Virus record (IMG/VR): IMGVR_UViG_3300028571_000009
Reading direction: 5' to 3' (one strand)
DNA from: a virus
Length of the DNA: 64,000 nt
The notes below the pieces were generated by a model. It was not told the DNA's origin and did no database searches. It saw only the letters and a list, made by a program, of their open reading frames with translations. The translations under genes and the position numbers were made by a program. This document shows positions 21,812-32,200 of this stretch, in pieces (within the stretch, counting starts at the first letter, position 1; each line of letters opens with the position of its first letter).

Positions 21812-24088
21812 ATGATTAAGAAAGTAATAGCTATATTCCCGGGGAGATTTCAACCATTTTGTAAGCACCACGCTGCAACTTTTATGTGGTTACAAAAGCA
21901 GTTTGGTACCAATAATACATTCATAGTAACTTCTGATAAAGTCGTACGACCGAAATCACCATTAAACTTTAAGGAAAAGGAAGCTATTATTGATATGTAT
22001 AAGTTAGGTAGCAAGGTTATTAAAGTAACAAATCCGTATAAGCCGGTCGAGTTACTTAATAAGTTCGACCCTAAAACTACCGCAGTCGTATTTATGGTAG
22101 GTAAGAAAGATATGGAAGAAGACCCTAGATTTTCTATGAAACCGAAGGCAGACGGTAGCCCGTCATATTTTCAACCATATGAAAAGAACAAATCGAATCT
22201 AGAAGGTTTTGATAAACATGGATACCTAATTATTGCACCGCATATCTCATTAAATGTACCGGGATACGGTGAAATGTCAGGCACTCAGGTTAGAAAAGCA
22301 TTGGGGGATAAAATGCGCACTGCGACACAAAAGAAAGCGATATTTCAATCTATATTTGGTTGGTATTCTCCTACGTTAGCTAATTATGTTATCAATAAAT
22401 TTTCGAATTTAGAAGAAGATAAAATACCAGGTGGTTTAGCTGCAAACAAAACATTACAAGATGTCGCAAAGCATCATGATTGTGATATCGAAATGCTATC
22501 AATGCAATTAACTAAAGGTATTAATATAGAGCTTGAACACACTACTGACCAAGATATCGCTCAAGAAATAGCTTTGGACCATCTTTGGGAAGACCCACAA
22601 TATTATACGAAATTAGTACATGTAGAAGAAGCTGTTTTAACGAAACCATGGTGGGACGCTGTATTGACTGAAAGTTTAGTTGACCACGCACAGAATGAAT
22701 TAGAATTAGCGGGTTTATTTGATAAAGATGCTGACTACGGTGGTATGATAGGAAAGGCCGTCCTGGACCTGATGAAAACATTCGCTGACCAAGGACACTC
22801 AGGTATGTCTGCAATGTGGGTACGAGATTTATTTAATAAGTTAGGTAACTACGAAAATTTAACTCCGATAACATCAGACCCTAAGGAATGGGAGGATGTT
22901 ACTGCTGCAGGTATAGGAACCAGTAATGGTACGTTATGGCAAAACAGAAGAAACCCAGCTATATTTTCTATAGATAAAGGTAACAGCTGGTACAATGTAA
23001 ATGATACTCAGCTGAAAGATGGCCTATTAATAGTCCTTAATAAAATGAAATACTTACATTATATTACGGAAGGCGGTGCAGCCGGTCATATGGCGCACAT
23101 ATTCGATATAGAGTGGGTAAAGACAGGGGATGATATTATCACGGCATTTAATAAATGTGTTGATTACTTAGAAAAGGGTACCGGCGCACTAAAAATTGAT
23201 GGGGTAAATGCCTCTGTCAGATTAGTAACTGTAGACGGTAAGAAACAGTTTGTATTAGATAGAGGTTCTAATAAAGAATTAGATGTCAAGGGTGTTACTA
23301 AAGCCGATTTATTAAATCGATTTGGTGATGGTCACGGTATGATAATAATCGGAACAAAAGTTCTAGATGTATTTAATCAAGCAATACCAAAGATTCAAAC
23401 AGAACTAAAATCATTAGGACTATGGGATAATCCAAACATAATGTTTAATGTAGAGTATGTATCAGGACAAACAAACGTTCTGCAGTATGAAAAGAACTTT
23501 ATTGCTATTCACGGCCTATTAGAGCTAGTACAAGCGACACCTACGCGTAGGGTAACTAAAGAAATTTCATATTCTAAGAAAACTTTAGCAACATTGGTGC
23601 AGAAAATGGCACCAGTAGCCGACATCAATAAATTTAAGATATACGGCGTTATCCCAACTACGCTGGAACATAAGGCAAATTTTACCGAGGCGTTAAATAA
23701 GAAATACACGATTAACTTGACTGTAGATAAGGCTGTCACCCGGTCGTTACAAAAACTACTATCTAATTTAGACATACCTAAAAATCAAGTTATTGATTGG
23801 AACGGTAAAAAGGTTAGCCCGGTTAGTAAGGAGGTATTTACCAGTATACTTAAAGGTGTACCAATAATGGATAATACTAAACAGGTTAAATTAGCGGTTG
23901 CCGGGTTTGTTACATACCTAGCTACCATGGAATTAGGTGATGCAGTATTAAAATCATTGACATCACCGTTAGGTCAGGTTGAGAATCAAGAAGGTGTAGT
24001 AATTAGAGATAAGAGCATTTCCGGCAAACCTGTTAAAATCACCGGCAAGTTTATACTAAAAGGTTTGGCGTCTAGTTTCCAAAAATAG
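21812..24088 (+). CDS. Multidomain protein with N-terminal cytidylyltransferase-like (HIGH-type) domain
   Basis: IFPGRFQPFCKHH N-terminus; EHT...EIALDHLWEDPQYYTKL module; EGGAAGHM module. ATG at 21812 preferred over TTG at 21806. Confidence 0.65.
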   Translation: MIKKVIAIFPGRFQPFCKHHAATFMWLQKQFGTNNTFIVTSDKVVRPKSPLNFKEKEAIIDMYKLGSKVIKVTNPYKPVELLNKFDPKTTAVVFMVGKKDMEEDPRFSMKPKADGSPSYFQPYEKNKSNLEGFDKHGYLIIAPHISLNVPGYGEMSGTQVRKALGDKMRTATQKKAIFQSIFGWYSPTLANYVINKFSNLEEDKIPGGLAANKTLQDVAKHHDCDIEMLSMQLTKGINIELEHTTDQDIAQEIALDHLWEDPQYYTKLVHVEEAVLTKPWWDAVLTESLVDHAQNELELAGLFDKDADYGGMIGKAVLDLMKTFADQGHSGMSAMWVRDLFNKLGNYENLTPITSDPKEWEDVTAAGIGTSNGTLWQNRRNPAIFSIDKGNSWYNVNDTQLKDGLLIVLNKMKYLHYITEGGAAGHMAHIFDIEWVKTGDDIITAFNKCVDYLEKGTGALKIDGVNASVRLVTVDGKKQFVLDRGSNKELDVKGVTKADLLNRFGDGHGMIIIGTKVLDVFNQAIPKIQTELKSLGLWDNPNIMFNVEYVSGQTNVLQYEKNFIAIHGLLELVQATPTRRVTKEISYSKKTLATLVQKMAPVADINKFKIYGVIPTTLEHKANFTEALNKKYTINLTVDKAVTRSLQKLLSNLDIPKNQVIDWNGKKVSPVSKEVFTSILKGVPIMDNTKQVKLAVAGFVTYLATMELGDAVLKSLTSPLGQVENQEGVVIRDKSISGKPVKITGKFILKGLASSFQK

Positions 24089-24133
24089 TGTTAACTATAC
24101 TTATTCTATATATTTATATAAAAATTAAAAGTT

Positions 24134-24775
24134 ATGGCAAAATCAAACGCAGATTCAAAGTTACGTAATATTGATGCGATTAAAAAGATGCTTTCGGGCA
24201 CGCATCAATTCCAAACAAAGACGAGTGTATCGTTTCAAGATATAACAGCACCTGCACCTGATAGACAGGTGGGTGATGTGTGGACTGATAAGGACGGTAT
24301 AGAGTGGGAGCAAAGAAAAGGTTACAAGATGAATAAAGGTAAGTTTGATGATTTACGTGCGGAACTTAATTCGTTTCCAAAATGTAGAAAAGAAACGTGT
24401 ACTTGTATTAAACCTGAGAGATTAGACTATAAGATGCGCGGTCTACACGGTATGTGTTTTGACTGCGTAGTAGATATGGAACATGATTTAAAGATAACCG
24501 GGAAGTATGCTGAGTATGAGCGGAATAAAATGAAGAAGAATGCAATGGGGTGGTTAAAGGATAGTGAACAAGAAGTTATTGCATTAAAAGTAGCAGTAAC
24601 AAAGGCCCCGGAGTTCGTAACGGTAGATGGTCAGGTAAATAAATGGGAAATGCAATATGACCCGGAAAAAATGGCCGCATCAATCGACGCACAATTTAAT
24701 GAGATGAAATCAAATATTTTTAAAAATTACGGCGTTACAGAGGAAGAATTTATAGAATTTAAACAATCACAATAG
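24134..24775 (+). CDS. Hypothetical protein (Cys-rich central motif)
   Basis: 213 aa; CRKETCTC...GMCFDC; TATTTATA at 24111. Confidence 0.7.
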   Translation: MAKSNADSKLRNIDAIKKMLSGTHQFQTKTSVSFQDITAPAPDRQVGDVWTDKDGIEWEQRKGYKMNKGKFDDLRAELNSFPKCRKETCTCIKPERLDYKMRGLHGMCFDCVVDMEHDLKITGKYAEYERNKMKKNAMGWLKDSEQEVIALKVAVTKAPEFVTVDGQVNKWEMQYDPEKMAASIDAQFNEMKSNIFKNYGVTEEEFIEFKQSQ

Positions 24776-25357
24776 ATGTTGCATACGATGGTACAATCAG
24801 TAATGACTTTGGCTATAAGTTTAATAACTATTATAGGAAGTCTGTTCGCATTTGTAAAGTGGGCTTGGCCACCAATAGTGAATTATTTGGAGCGATATGT
24901 GTATTATCATAAAACAGGTGTACACGTAATTAGAGATATCGAAGCGAATTTTGGTAGAGAAGCCGGTAGAGCTATTCGAGACATTCTAATGACACGTGGC
25001 TCAGAGCTAATTTTAGATGAGGCTAGGTTAGATATTATTGAAAACGCTGTAGGCCTCGGTATTTACATATGCGACCCCGCAGGAAGGTGTACGTATGCAA
25101 ATAAGACATTAGCAAAGATGTTCGGTATGCAGCAGCACGATATGTTAGGATACGGTTGGTTTCACCCGATAGTAGACAAACCCAAAGCTTTCACTAATTG
25201 GAATTTCTCAATTGATAATAACGTACCATATATGGATGTATATGATATCATTGTACAAGGGGAAACAAAACGAATCAGTACTGAAGCGGAATACAGTGAA
25301 GCTGGTTCGGTAATTATAGGATTTGTAGGTATCGCAAAAGAAATAAAACAAAAATAA
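24776..25357 (+). CDS. Membrane-anchored PAS-domain protein
   Basis: Hydrophobic N-terminal helix LAISLITIIGSLFAFVKWAW; GIYICDPAGRCTYANKTLAKMFGMQQHDMLGYGW PAS pattern; exact start uncertain. Confidence 0.7.
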   Translation: MLHTMVQSVMTLAISLITIIGSLFAFVKWAWPPIVNYLERYVYYHKTGVHVIRDIEANFGREAGRAIRDILMTRGSELILDEARLDIIENAVGLGIYICDPAGRCTYANKTLAKMFGMQQHDMLGYGWFHPIVDKPKAFTNWNFSIDNNVPYMDVYDIIVQGETKRISTEAEYSEAGSVIIGFVGIAKEIKQK

Positions 25358-25360
25358 AAA

Positions 25361-25714
25361 ATGGCAGATTTAGTATCACAGCAGCTAGAAAAGGCATCAG
25401 AAGATTTGCGTCAAGCAATGCAAGTTCATGCCAAAATTAATATTCAACTACAAACCTTAAAATCTAAGTTTGTCGGTGCCTCTAATCCATTAACTAAGGA
25501 AAAGATGAAACCGTTATTAATCGCGGCGACTCGCAAGGAAAAATTAGCTAAAGCTGCATTGGCCCGCGCGGAGAGTATATTTCAAGATACACTAAAAACT
25601 GAACCGGAGGAAATGGTTGACCTATTAGACCATAAACTTAAAGAACATTATCTACGTCTATTAATTCGTGGTAAGCTTAAAGAACATAAGAATGAATCCC
25701 AAAGTAAAAGATAA
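25361..25714 (+). CDS. Hypothetical coiled-coil protein
   Basis: 117 aa helical ORF. Confidence 0.65.
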   Translation: MADLVSQQLEKASEDLRQAMQVHAKINIQLQTLKSKFVGASNPLTKEKMKPLLIAATRKEKLAKAALARAESIFQDTLKTEPEEMVDLLDHKLKEHYLRLLIRGKLKEHKNESQSKR

Positions 25715-25964
25715 CACCATTCACGTTGATGAAGCTTCATGGCCTGAGTTTGAAAAAATAGCAAACGGTAATCATGTATTATACGACGCGACGATTTCAA
25801 AGCAATTCAAGGGCCATACACAGGTAGAGTTTTATTCAAAAAATGATTACATTAAAGTAAAGACGTTACTCAATAAACGTAATATACCGTATAAAGATAG
25901 ATTCTCAGAATCTATCAGAACTCTAATACAAACTGTGATACGGGAATATCTCGCAGATAAATAG
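25692..25964 (+). CDS. Hypothetical protein
   Basis: MNPKVKD... start at 25692 preferred; C-terminal SIRTLIQTVIRE. Confidence 0.55.
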   Translation: MNPKVKDNTIHVDEASWPEFEKIANGNHVLYDATISKQFKGHTQVEFYSKNDYIKVKTLLNKRNIPYKDRFSESIRTLIQTVIREYLADK

Positions 25965-26002
25965 GATATCTTAAGATTTCTATATTTATAGTAAAGTGAT
26001 AT

Positions 26003-26242
26003 ATGGCATTAGCCCCACCTGTTCTACAACAACAAATTCAAGCGGCCTTTTTAAAGGCATTTAATAACAAGACAGCTACACCGGAAGCGTGTGCAGCCCA
26101 AGTCGCTGCTGACCTTACGATTGCAATCGATGCATACATAAAAACCGCACAAGTTCAACCCGGACAATTGGTAGTCGGCTCAGGTGGCGCCATCCCCGGT
26201 CCAATGGCCGGAGCTACTACAACCCCAGGTACATTATTCTAA
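26003..26242 (+). CDS. Small hypothetical protein
   Basis: 79 aa; TATTTATA at 25983. Confidence 0.65.
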   Translation: MALAPPVLQQQIQAAFLKAFNNKTATPEACAAQVAADLTIAIDAYIKTAQVQPGQLVVGSGGAIPGPMAGATTTPGTLF

Positions 26243-26243
26243 T

Positions 26244-27080
26244 ATGGCTACACAAGTAAACTATAAGGAAATAATCAAACAGGAATACAAGAAGTGTCTA
26301 CAAGACCCTGTGTATTTCATGAAGCGGTATTGTATTATTCAACATCCGCAACGCGGTAAGATACCGTTCAACCTATTCCCATTTCAGGAGAAAACATTAA
26401 GTGACTTCTATAATTTTGACTATAACATCATATTAAAGTCGAGACAGCTAGGGATATCAACTCTATGTGCTGGATACGCTCTATGGCTTATGATTTTCTT
26501 CTCGGATAAAAACGTAATGGTAATAGCTACAAAGCAAGATACGGCAAAGAATCTGGTAACTAAAGTGCGTGTTATGTGGCAGAATTTACCATCATGGTTA
26601 AAGGGCACTGAACCGGACGAGCATAATAAATTATCTATGCGATTTAAGAATGGTTCGCAAATCAAAGCTGTAACCACATCATCAGATACCGGTCGTTCAG
26701 AAGCACTATCATTACTTATTGTGGATGAGGCAGCCTTTATTGATAACATTAGAGAAATTTGGGGAGGTTCACAACAAACCTTAGCAACCGGTGGTAAAGC
26801 GATTATATTATCAACACCTAACGGTACCGGTAACTTTTTCCATGAAACGTGGGAAGATGCTGAGTTAAATCCTAAAACTAGATTTCACCCAATCAAATTA
26901 CACTGGACTGTTCATCCGGAACGAAACCAAGCTTGGCGCGATAAACAGGATGAAATTCTAGGGCCTAGATTAGCCGCTCAAGAGTGTGTTTCCGGTAATT
27001 CGTCTATATTTATAGTAGATAATGAAACCGGAATGGAAGAACAATTAACGATTAAACAACTATATGACCGACTTAGCTAA
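26244..27080 (+). CDS. terL: Terminase large subunit, ATPase half, fused to the split-intein N-fragment
   Basis: Walker A LKSRQLGIST, Walker B LLIVDEAAFI, motif III LSTPNG; ends AAQE-CVSGNSSIF...LYDRLS. ATG at 26244 preferred over 26184. Confidence 0.92.
   Translation: MATQVNYKEIIKQEYKKCLQDPVYFMKRYCIIQHPQRGKIPFNLFPFQEKTLSDFYNFDYNIILKSRQLGISTLCAGYALWLMIFFSDKNVMVIATKQDTAKNLVTKVRVMWQNLPSWLKGTEPDEHNKLSMRFKNGSQIKAVTTSSDTGRSEALSLLIVDEAAFIDNIREIWGGSQQTLATGGKAIILSTPNGTGNFFHETWEDAELNPKTRFHPIKLHWTVHPERNQAWRDKQDEILGPRLAAQECVSGNSSIFIVDNETGMEEQLTIKQLYDRLS
26985..27077 (+). mobile_element. Split intein N-fragment (31 aa)
   Basis: CVSGNSSIFIVDNETGMEEQLTIKQLYDRLS: block A Cys1 and I..LY pattern, then a stop codon. 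Confidence 0.88.
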
Positions 27081-28044
27081 TGTCCGCATGTTATGTTGTA
27101 AAGTGTGTGGGTATCAAAATAAACAGTTATTTCAACATATCCGGTCAGTTCACAAAATGTCAACGGCTGATTATCGAAAGATGTATGGTTGTGATGAAAT
27201 TATGCAAATAGGATTTGCTCCGCCAAAACAGTCTACTGTTAATAAACATAACTCCGCAACCGTTAAATTATCGTATATTAATATTCAAAAACAGTTAGCG
27301 AATATTAGTGCACTATCAGCGAATGATACTCGAGATTTGCTCATACATAACAATTATTATCTAAAATTTTTAGGTAAATCAAAACAAAAATCACTTCGTG
27401 TTGAAAATATACAGTTATATAAATCGGTATATGAGAATACAAGAATATTAGATAATTTAGTTAATATACACCCAACTCGAGGATTCACGTATCGAATAAA
27501 GTTTATTGTCGAATATAATTATAACATTGATAAAATACGATGTATATGCGGTAAGTACACATTCTCAACAATGTGTCGTGGTTGCGTGTCAAAAACATCT
27601 ACCATAGACTGGTATAAGCGTAAATACCCTGATAGTTATATGACAAAGTATGAACACCGATTAATATCTGACAAGTTATTAGGCTATTCATATTCTAAGG
27701 TTAGTCAAAAATTATTTAATTCAATATATTATAAATTACGTACTACCATCAATGATGTGATGTACTACGGAGAGTTAAACTCTGAGTGGAAAATATTTCT
27801 CACTGACGATGAACGACAAATAGCTAACCAATCTATGTATTGTTTAGATTTTAAATATAAAGATAAAAATATTGAATTTGATAGTGACTTCGGGAGGTTT
27901 CCTAAAGACTCTAGATATGTAGCAGTTCGTGATAGTATATTGAAAGCTCGTGGTATGAGCATTTTACGAGTTGACGAGCGTGAATATGTTAATAATCATG
28001 ATGAAACATTAAATAAATGCATTAACTTTATAAATGATAATTAA
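27064..28044 (+). CDS. Free-standing putative homing endonuclease (C2H2 zinc finger + Vsr-like C-terminus) between the intein halves
   Basis: CKVCG...HIRSVH finger; C-terminal YSKVSQKLF...LDF...IEFD...RDSILKARGMSILRVDE; overlaps both terL fragments. Confidence 0.7.
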   Translation: MTDLANVRMLCCKVCGYQNKQLFQHIRSVHKMSTADYRKMYGCDEIMQIGFAPPKQSTVNKHNSATVKLSYINIQKQLANISALSANDTRDLLIHNNYYLKFLGKSKQKSLRVENIQLYKSVYENTRILDNLVNIHPTRGFTYRIKFIVEYNYNIDKIRCICGKYTFSTMCRGCVSKTSTIDWYKRKYPDSYMTKYEHRLISDKLLGYSYSKVSQKLFNSIYYKLRTTINDVMYYGELNSEWKIFLTDDERQIANQSMYCLDFKYKDKNIEFDSDFGRFPKDSRYVAVRDSILKARGMSILRVDEREYVNNHDETLNKCINFINDN

Positions 28045-28360
28045 GAACACCAAGTATAGCGTATTAACACCATCCGGATATAAGTCATTTGATGGTATAA
28101 AATCCACGAATGTTACCAGTTCATTAACGTTTATGTATGAAAATGGTACATCAATTTCATGCTCTGAAAATCATAGATTTATAGTAAACTCGACTGAGGT
28201 GTATGCTAGTGATTTACGAACCGGCGATGTCGTTGTGAGTACGTCCGGTGATTTAGAAATTATCGACATTACAAAAAATAGTGACAGCTGTGAATTATTT
28301 GATATTGTGGGAGTTACCGACGGGAATATATTTTTTGTAAACGATATATTAAGTCATAAT
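28034..28360 (+). mobile_element. Split intein C-fragment (109 aa)
   Basis: VLTPSGYKSFDG, block B CSENHRF, block F LFDIVGV, terminal SHN followed by Cys+1 at 28361. Confidence 0.88.
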
Positions 28361-29209
28361 TGTGATACCGACTTCGTGTCATCCGGAGCGACATTGATAG
28401 AGGGTGACTTATTGAAATGGTATTCGGATACAACAGTTAAAGACCCGGTTGAAATGCGCGGGTTCGATAAAAATATATGGATTTGGGAGTACGCTGACTA
28501 TACAAAACAGTATGTGGTATCAGCCGACGTTGCTCGAGGAGATGGGAAGGATTATTCAGCATTTCACGTACTTGATGTTGAAACATTGACGCAGGTTGCT
28601 GAATACAAAGGACAAATAGGTACAACCGAATTCGGGCATATGTTAATAGCAATTGCATCTGAATATAATAATGCATTATTGGTTGTAGAAAATGCTAACG
28701 TTGGTTGGGCGACAATTCAGCCGATAATCGATAACAATTATGAAAATCTATTCTATTCAGCAAATGATTTAACTGTAGTCGACGTGCACGCACAATTGGC
28801 TAAGGGATACGATTTAAAAGATAAAAATTCAATGAAACCCGGGTTTAGTACAACTACTCGTACGAGGCCACTATTGATTTCTAAGTTAGAAACGGTGATG
28901 CGCGAACGCGTACTTACAATTCGCAGTAAACGGTTAATGTCCGAATTAAATGTATTCATATGGAAAGGTGAACGTGCGGAGGCACAGGCAGGTAAAAATG
29001 ATGATTTAGTTATGAGTATGGCAATCGGCTTATGGGTTCGTGACACGACGTTTAAACTACGCCAGCAGGGTTTAGATTTAACTCGTATGACACTAGATAG
29101 AATCGGTAAATCTCAGCCCATGATAATTAGCACCGGTGCAGCAAAACAAACCGGTTGGTCTATGAACACAGGCAACGGTCAACAGGAAGATTTATCATGG
29201 TTACTGTAG
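28034..29209 (+). CDS. terL: Split-intein C-fragment fused to the terminase large subunit nuclease half
   Basis: 109 aa intein ending ILSHN-C, then VSADVARGDGKDYSAF and NDDLVMS RNase H-like nuclease motifs. Confidence 0.92.
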   Translation: MIIKNTKYSVLTPSGYKSFDGIKSTNVTSSLTFMYENGTSISCSENHRFIVNSTEVYASDLRTGDVVVSTSGDLEIIDITKNSDSCELFDIVGVTDGNIFFVNDILSHNCDTDFVSSGATLIEGDLLKWYSDTTVKDPVEMRGFDKNIWIWEYADYTKQYVVSADVARGDGKDYSAFHVLDVETLTQVAEYKGQIGTTEFGHMLIAIASEYNNALLVVENANVGWATIQPIIDNNYENLFYSANDLTVVDVHAQLAKGYDLKDKNSMKPGFSTTTRTRPLLISKLETVMRERVLTIRSKRLMSELNVFIWKGERAEAQAGKNDDLVMSMAIGLWVRDTTFKLRQQGLDLTRMTLDRIGKSQPMIISTGAAKQTGWSMNTGNGQQEDLSWLL

Positions 29210-29277
29210 TTTCATAATTATGGTAGTACAATAAAATTCTATATTTATTATTGTATTCGATATATTAAATAAAACTC

Positions 29278-32200
29278 ATGGCAGAAAAATCATTATATAG
29301 TAGATTAAAAAGAATCTTTAGCAATAACGTTATTGTTCGTAGAATTGGAAAGAACGAATTACGAGTTGTTGATAATGATGCGTTACAGTCATCAGGTAAT
29401 CTAAATGTAAGTCGATATATTGACAGATTCACACGGCTACACGGAGTTAAGGCCGGTACGTCTACATATAACAATAACTATAATTACTACAGTGCTAAGA
29501 CCGAGTTATATACCGATTACGAGGTAATGGATATGGACTCTATTATTAATAGTGCATTAGACATTTATGCAGATGAATGCTTATCGGGTGATACTAGGAT
29601 ACCGTTATTGGATGGTAGCACATCGACCATTAAAGAGTTATATGATAACAATACCACAGATATATGGTTATACGGATTAGATTCTGACGGAACCATGAAA
29701 CCGACTCGTGCTTCACATGTAGCATGTAATGGTGTTAAGCCCGTGTATAAATTAACTTTAGAAGATGGTACAGAAATAAAATGTACAGATAATCATATAT
29801 GGGTTAATTCGTTTAATAATTTAATAGAAACTAAAGATATTCAAGTCGGGGACGGTATCTACGCGCTACAAACAAAATTAAGCGATTCACCCAAAATGTC
29901 AGGCTATTTGATGATAGAAAATGGGGATGGGTATGAATACGTACATAGAATTGTTGCTCAAAAAGACCCGATATTATTAGAGCAAAGAAAAACTAAAAAC
30001 GATTCACCGGTAATACACCATTCATCATTTAATAAACTTAATAATCGACCAGATAAGCTACAATGGTTAAATTGGGTAGAACATAATAAAGTGCATGCCG
30101 ATTTTAATAGACAAATTTGGTCTGATAAGAGTATTATTCATGAATATAAGGATAAAATACGAGCCGGCCACGCTAAATATTGGACGCAGCAACGTCGAAA
30201 AGATGTGTCAATACGTCAAAGTGCGTATATGCATAAATTGATGTCGTCATTATCAAAAGAAGATAGAATAGACATATATAGTCATCCCGGCGCGAAAAAC
30301 GGAATGTATAAAAACGGCGATAAAGTCTCAGGTAACAAAAATGGTCGATATTTACATACTGCGTTTAGAGCAGACCAACTTAGTATACCCGATTTTCTTC
30401 GGTTTGTATTTGATGAGAAAAATGTTAAAAGTATCGGTGGTAAAACTGCGAATTGTCGCTTGGTAGATTTGTTGTCAGAATACACGAATTTACCCGTACT
30501 TGATACTGAGTGTGCGATTGTAAGTACTAACATATGTACATATCTAAAATGTGATACAATCAAAAAAGCTGGAACGTACTATTTTATACAAAAGAATTCG
30601 AGAGCGTTGTCAGATATTCGAGAGAGATTACTAGTTTCTGATACTAGAAGATTTTCTGCTATATGCTCCCAGTTATCATTAGATAAACATAAAGTATATT
30701 CAGCAATTATAGGATTGGGATATAAAAATTTAGATGCATTTATCAACACGTCAAATCATAAAGTTATTGGTATTGAATACGTCGGCGAAGAGCTAGTATA
30801 TGATATTGTAAATGCTGGGGATAACCATTTATTTGCAATTGAATGTAATGATGGGTCAAAATTGTTTACGCATAATTGCGTTATGAAAGATGAATTCGGT
30901 CAGGTATTAACGATAAAATCTGACGATGAACGTATTAGAAAAATTCTAGATAACTTATTCTTTGATATTCTAAATGTCGACTTTAATTTATGGCCATGGG
31001 TTAGAAATATGTGTAAATACGGTGATTTCTACCTTAAATTAGATATACAAGAAACCATTGGTATAGTTAACGTCGTACCAATGTCTTCATATGAAATGGT
31101 TCGCGAAGAAGGTTCCGACCCGAATAACCCATATCATGTACAGTTCTCTAATATGAACTATAAGAATATTAAATGGGAAAATTTCGAGGTAGCCCATTTT
31201 AGAATGTTATCGGATTCAAACTTTTTACCATATGGCAAATCAATGCTAGAGGGTGCTAGAAAAGTATGGAAACAATTAACTCTTATGGAGGATGCGATGC
31301 TTATCCATCGTATAATGAGAGCGCCTGAAAGACGTGTATTCAATATTGATATCGGTAATATACCGCCTAATGAAGTTGATGGGTATATGCAAAAGGTAAT
31401 TAATCAAATGAAAAAAGTACCTTTCGTTGATGAGAGAACCGGTGATTACAATTTAAAGTTTAACCTACAAAACATGTTGGAAGATTACTATCTTCCTAAA
31501 CGTGGACAAGCTTCTGGTACATCGATTGAATCATTACCGGGTATGGAATTTACTGGTATTACCGATATCGAATATCTTCGTAATAGAATGATGGCCGGAC
31601 TTAAAGTACCAAAATCGTTCCTAGGATATGAAGAAGGTGTATCAGGTAAAGCTACATTAGCTGCACAGGATGTTAGATTTGCGAGAACAATTGAAAGAAT
31701 TCAACGGATTATTATTTCCGAATTAACCAAGATAGCAATTGTGCATTTATATTCACAAGGATTCGAAGGAATTGATATGGTGAATTTTGAAATCACTATG
31801 ACGTCACCATCTGCTATATACGAACAGGAAAAGATTGCTCTATGGACGTCTAAGACTGATTTAGCTAAATCTATAGCTGATGGCAAATTAATGCCGAAAG
31901 AGTGGGTGTACGAAAATATATGGGATTTCACAGATGAACAAATCGAGAAAATTCAAGCTGGTAATATTGAAGATGCTAAACAAGCATTTAGAATGACTTC
32001 AATTGAAGAGAATGGCGAAGACCCGGCTAATCCTGTTGGAGCCGGTGCCGAAGATGATGCCGCAGCAGAAGATGGTGGCGATGAAGCCGCACCTGCCGCG
32101 GATGATAAGGAATCACCAGCTGTTGACAATCCATTTAAAGAAGAAGGTGTTGAAGTACCAAAAGGTGGTTGGCCTGGAGCAGGTCGTCCGAAGGAACCAA

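Noticed and set aside
26184-26243. Upstream start for terL given in the ORF track
   Set aside because: It overlaps the preceding gene; ATG 26244 directly after that gene's stop is more plausible
26244-29209. terL as a frameshifted pseudogene
   Set aside because: Both fragments carry intact intein splice motifs and all catalytic motifs, and the middle ORF is a coherent protein
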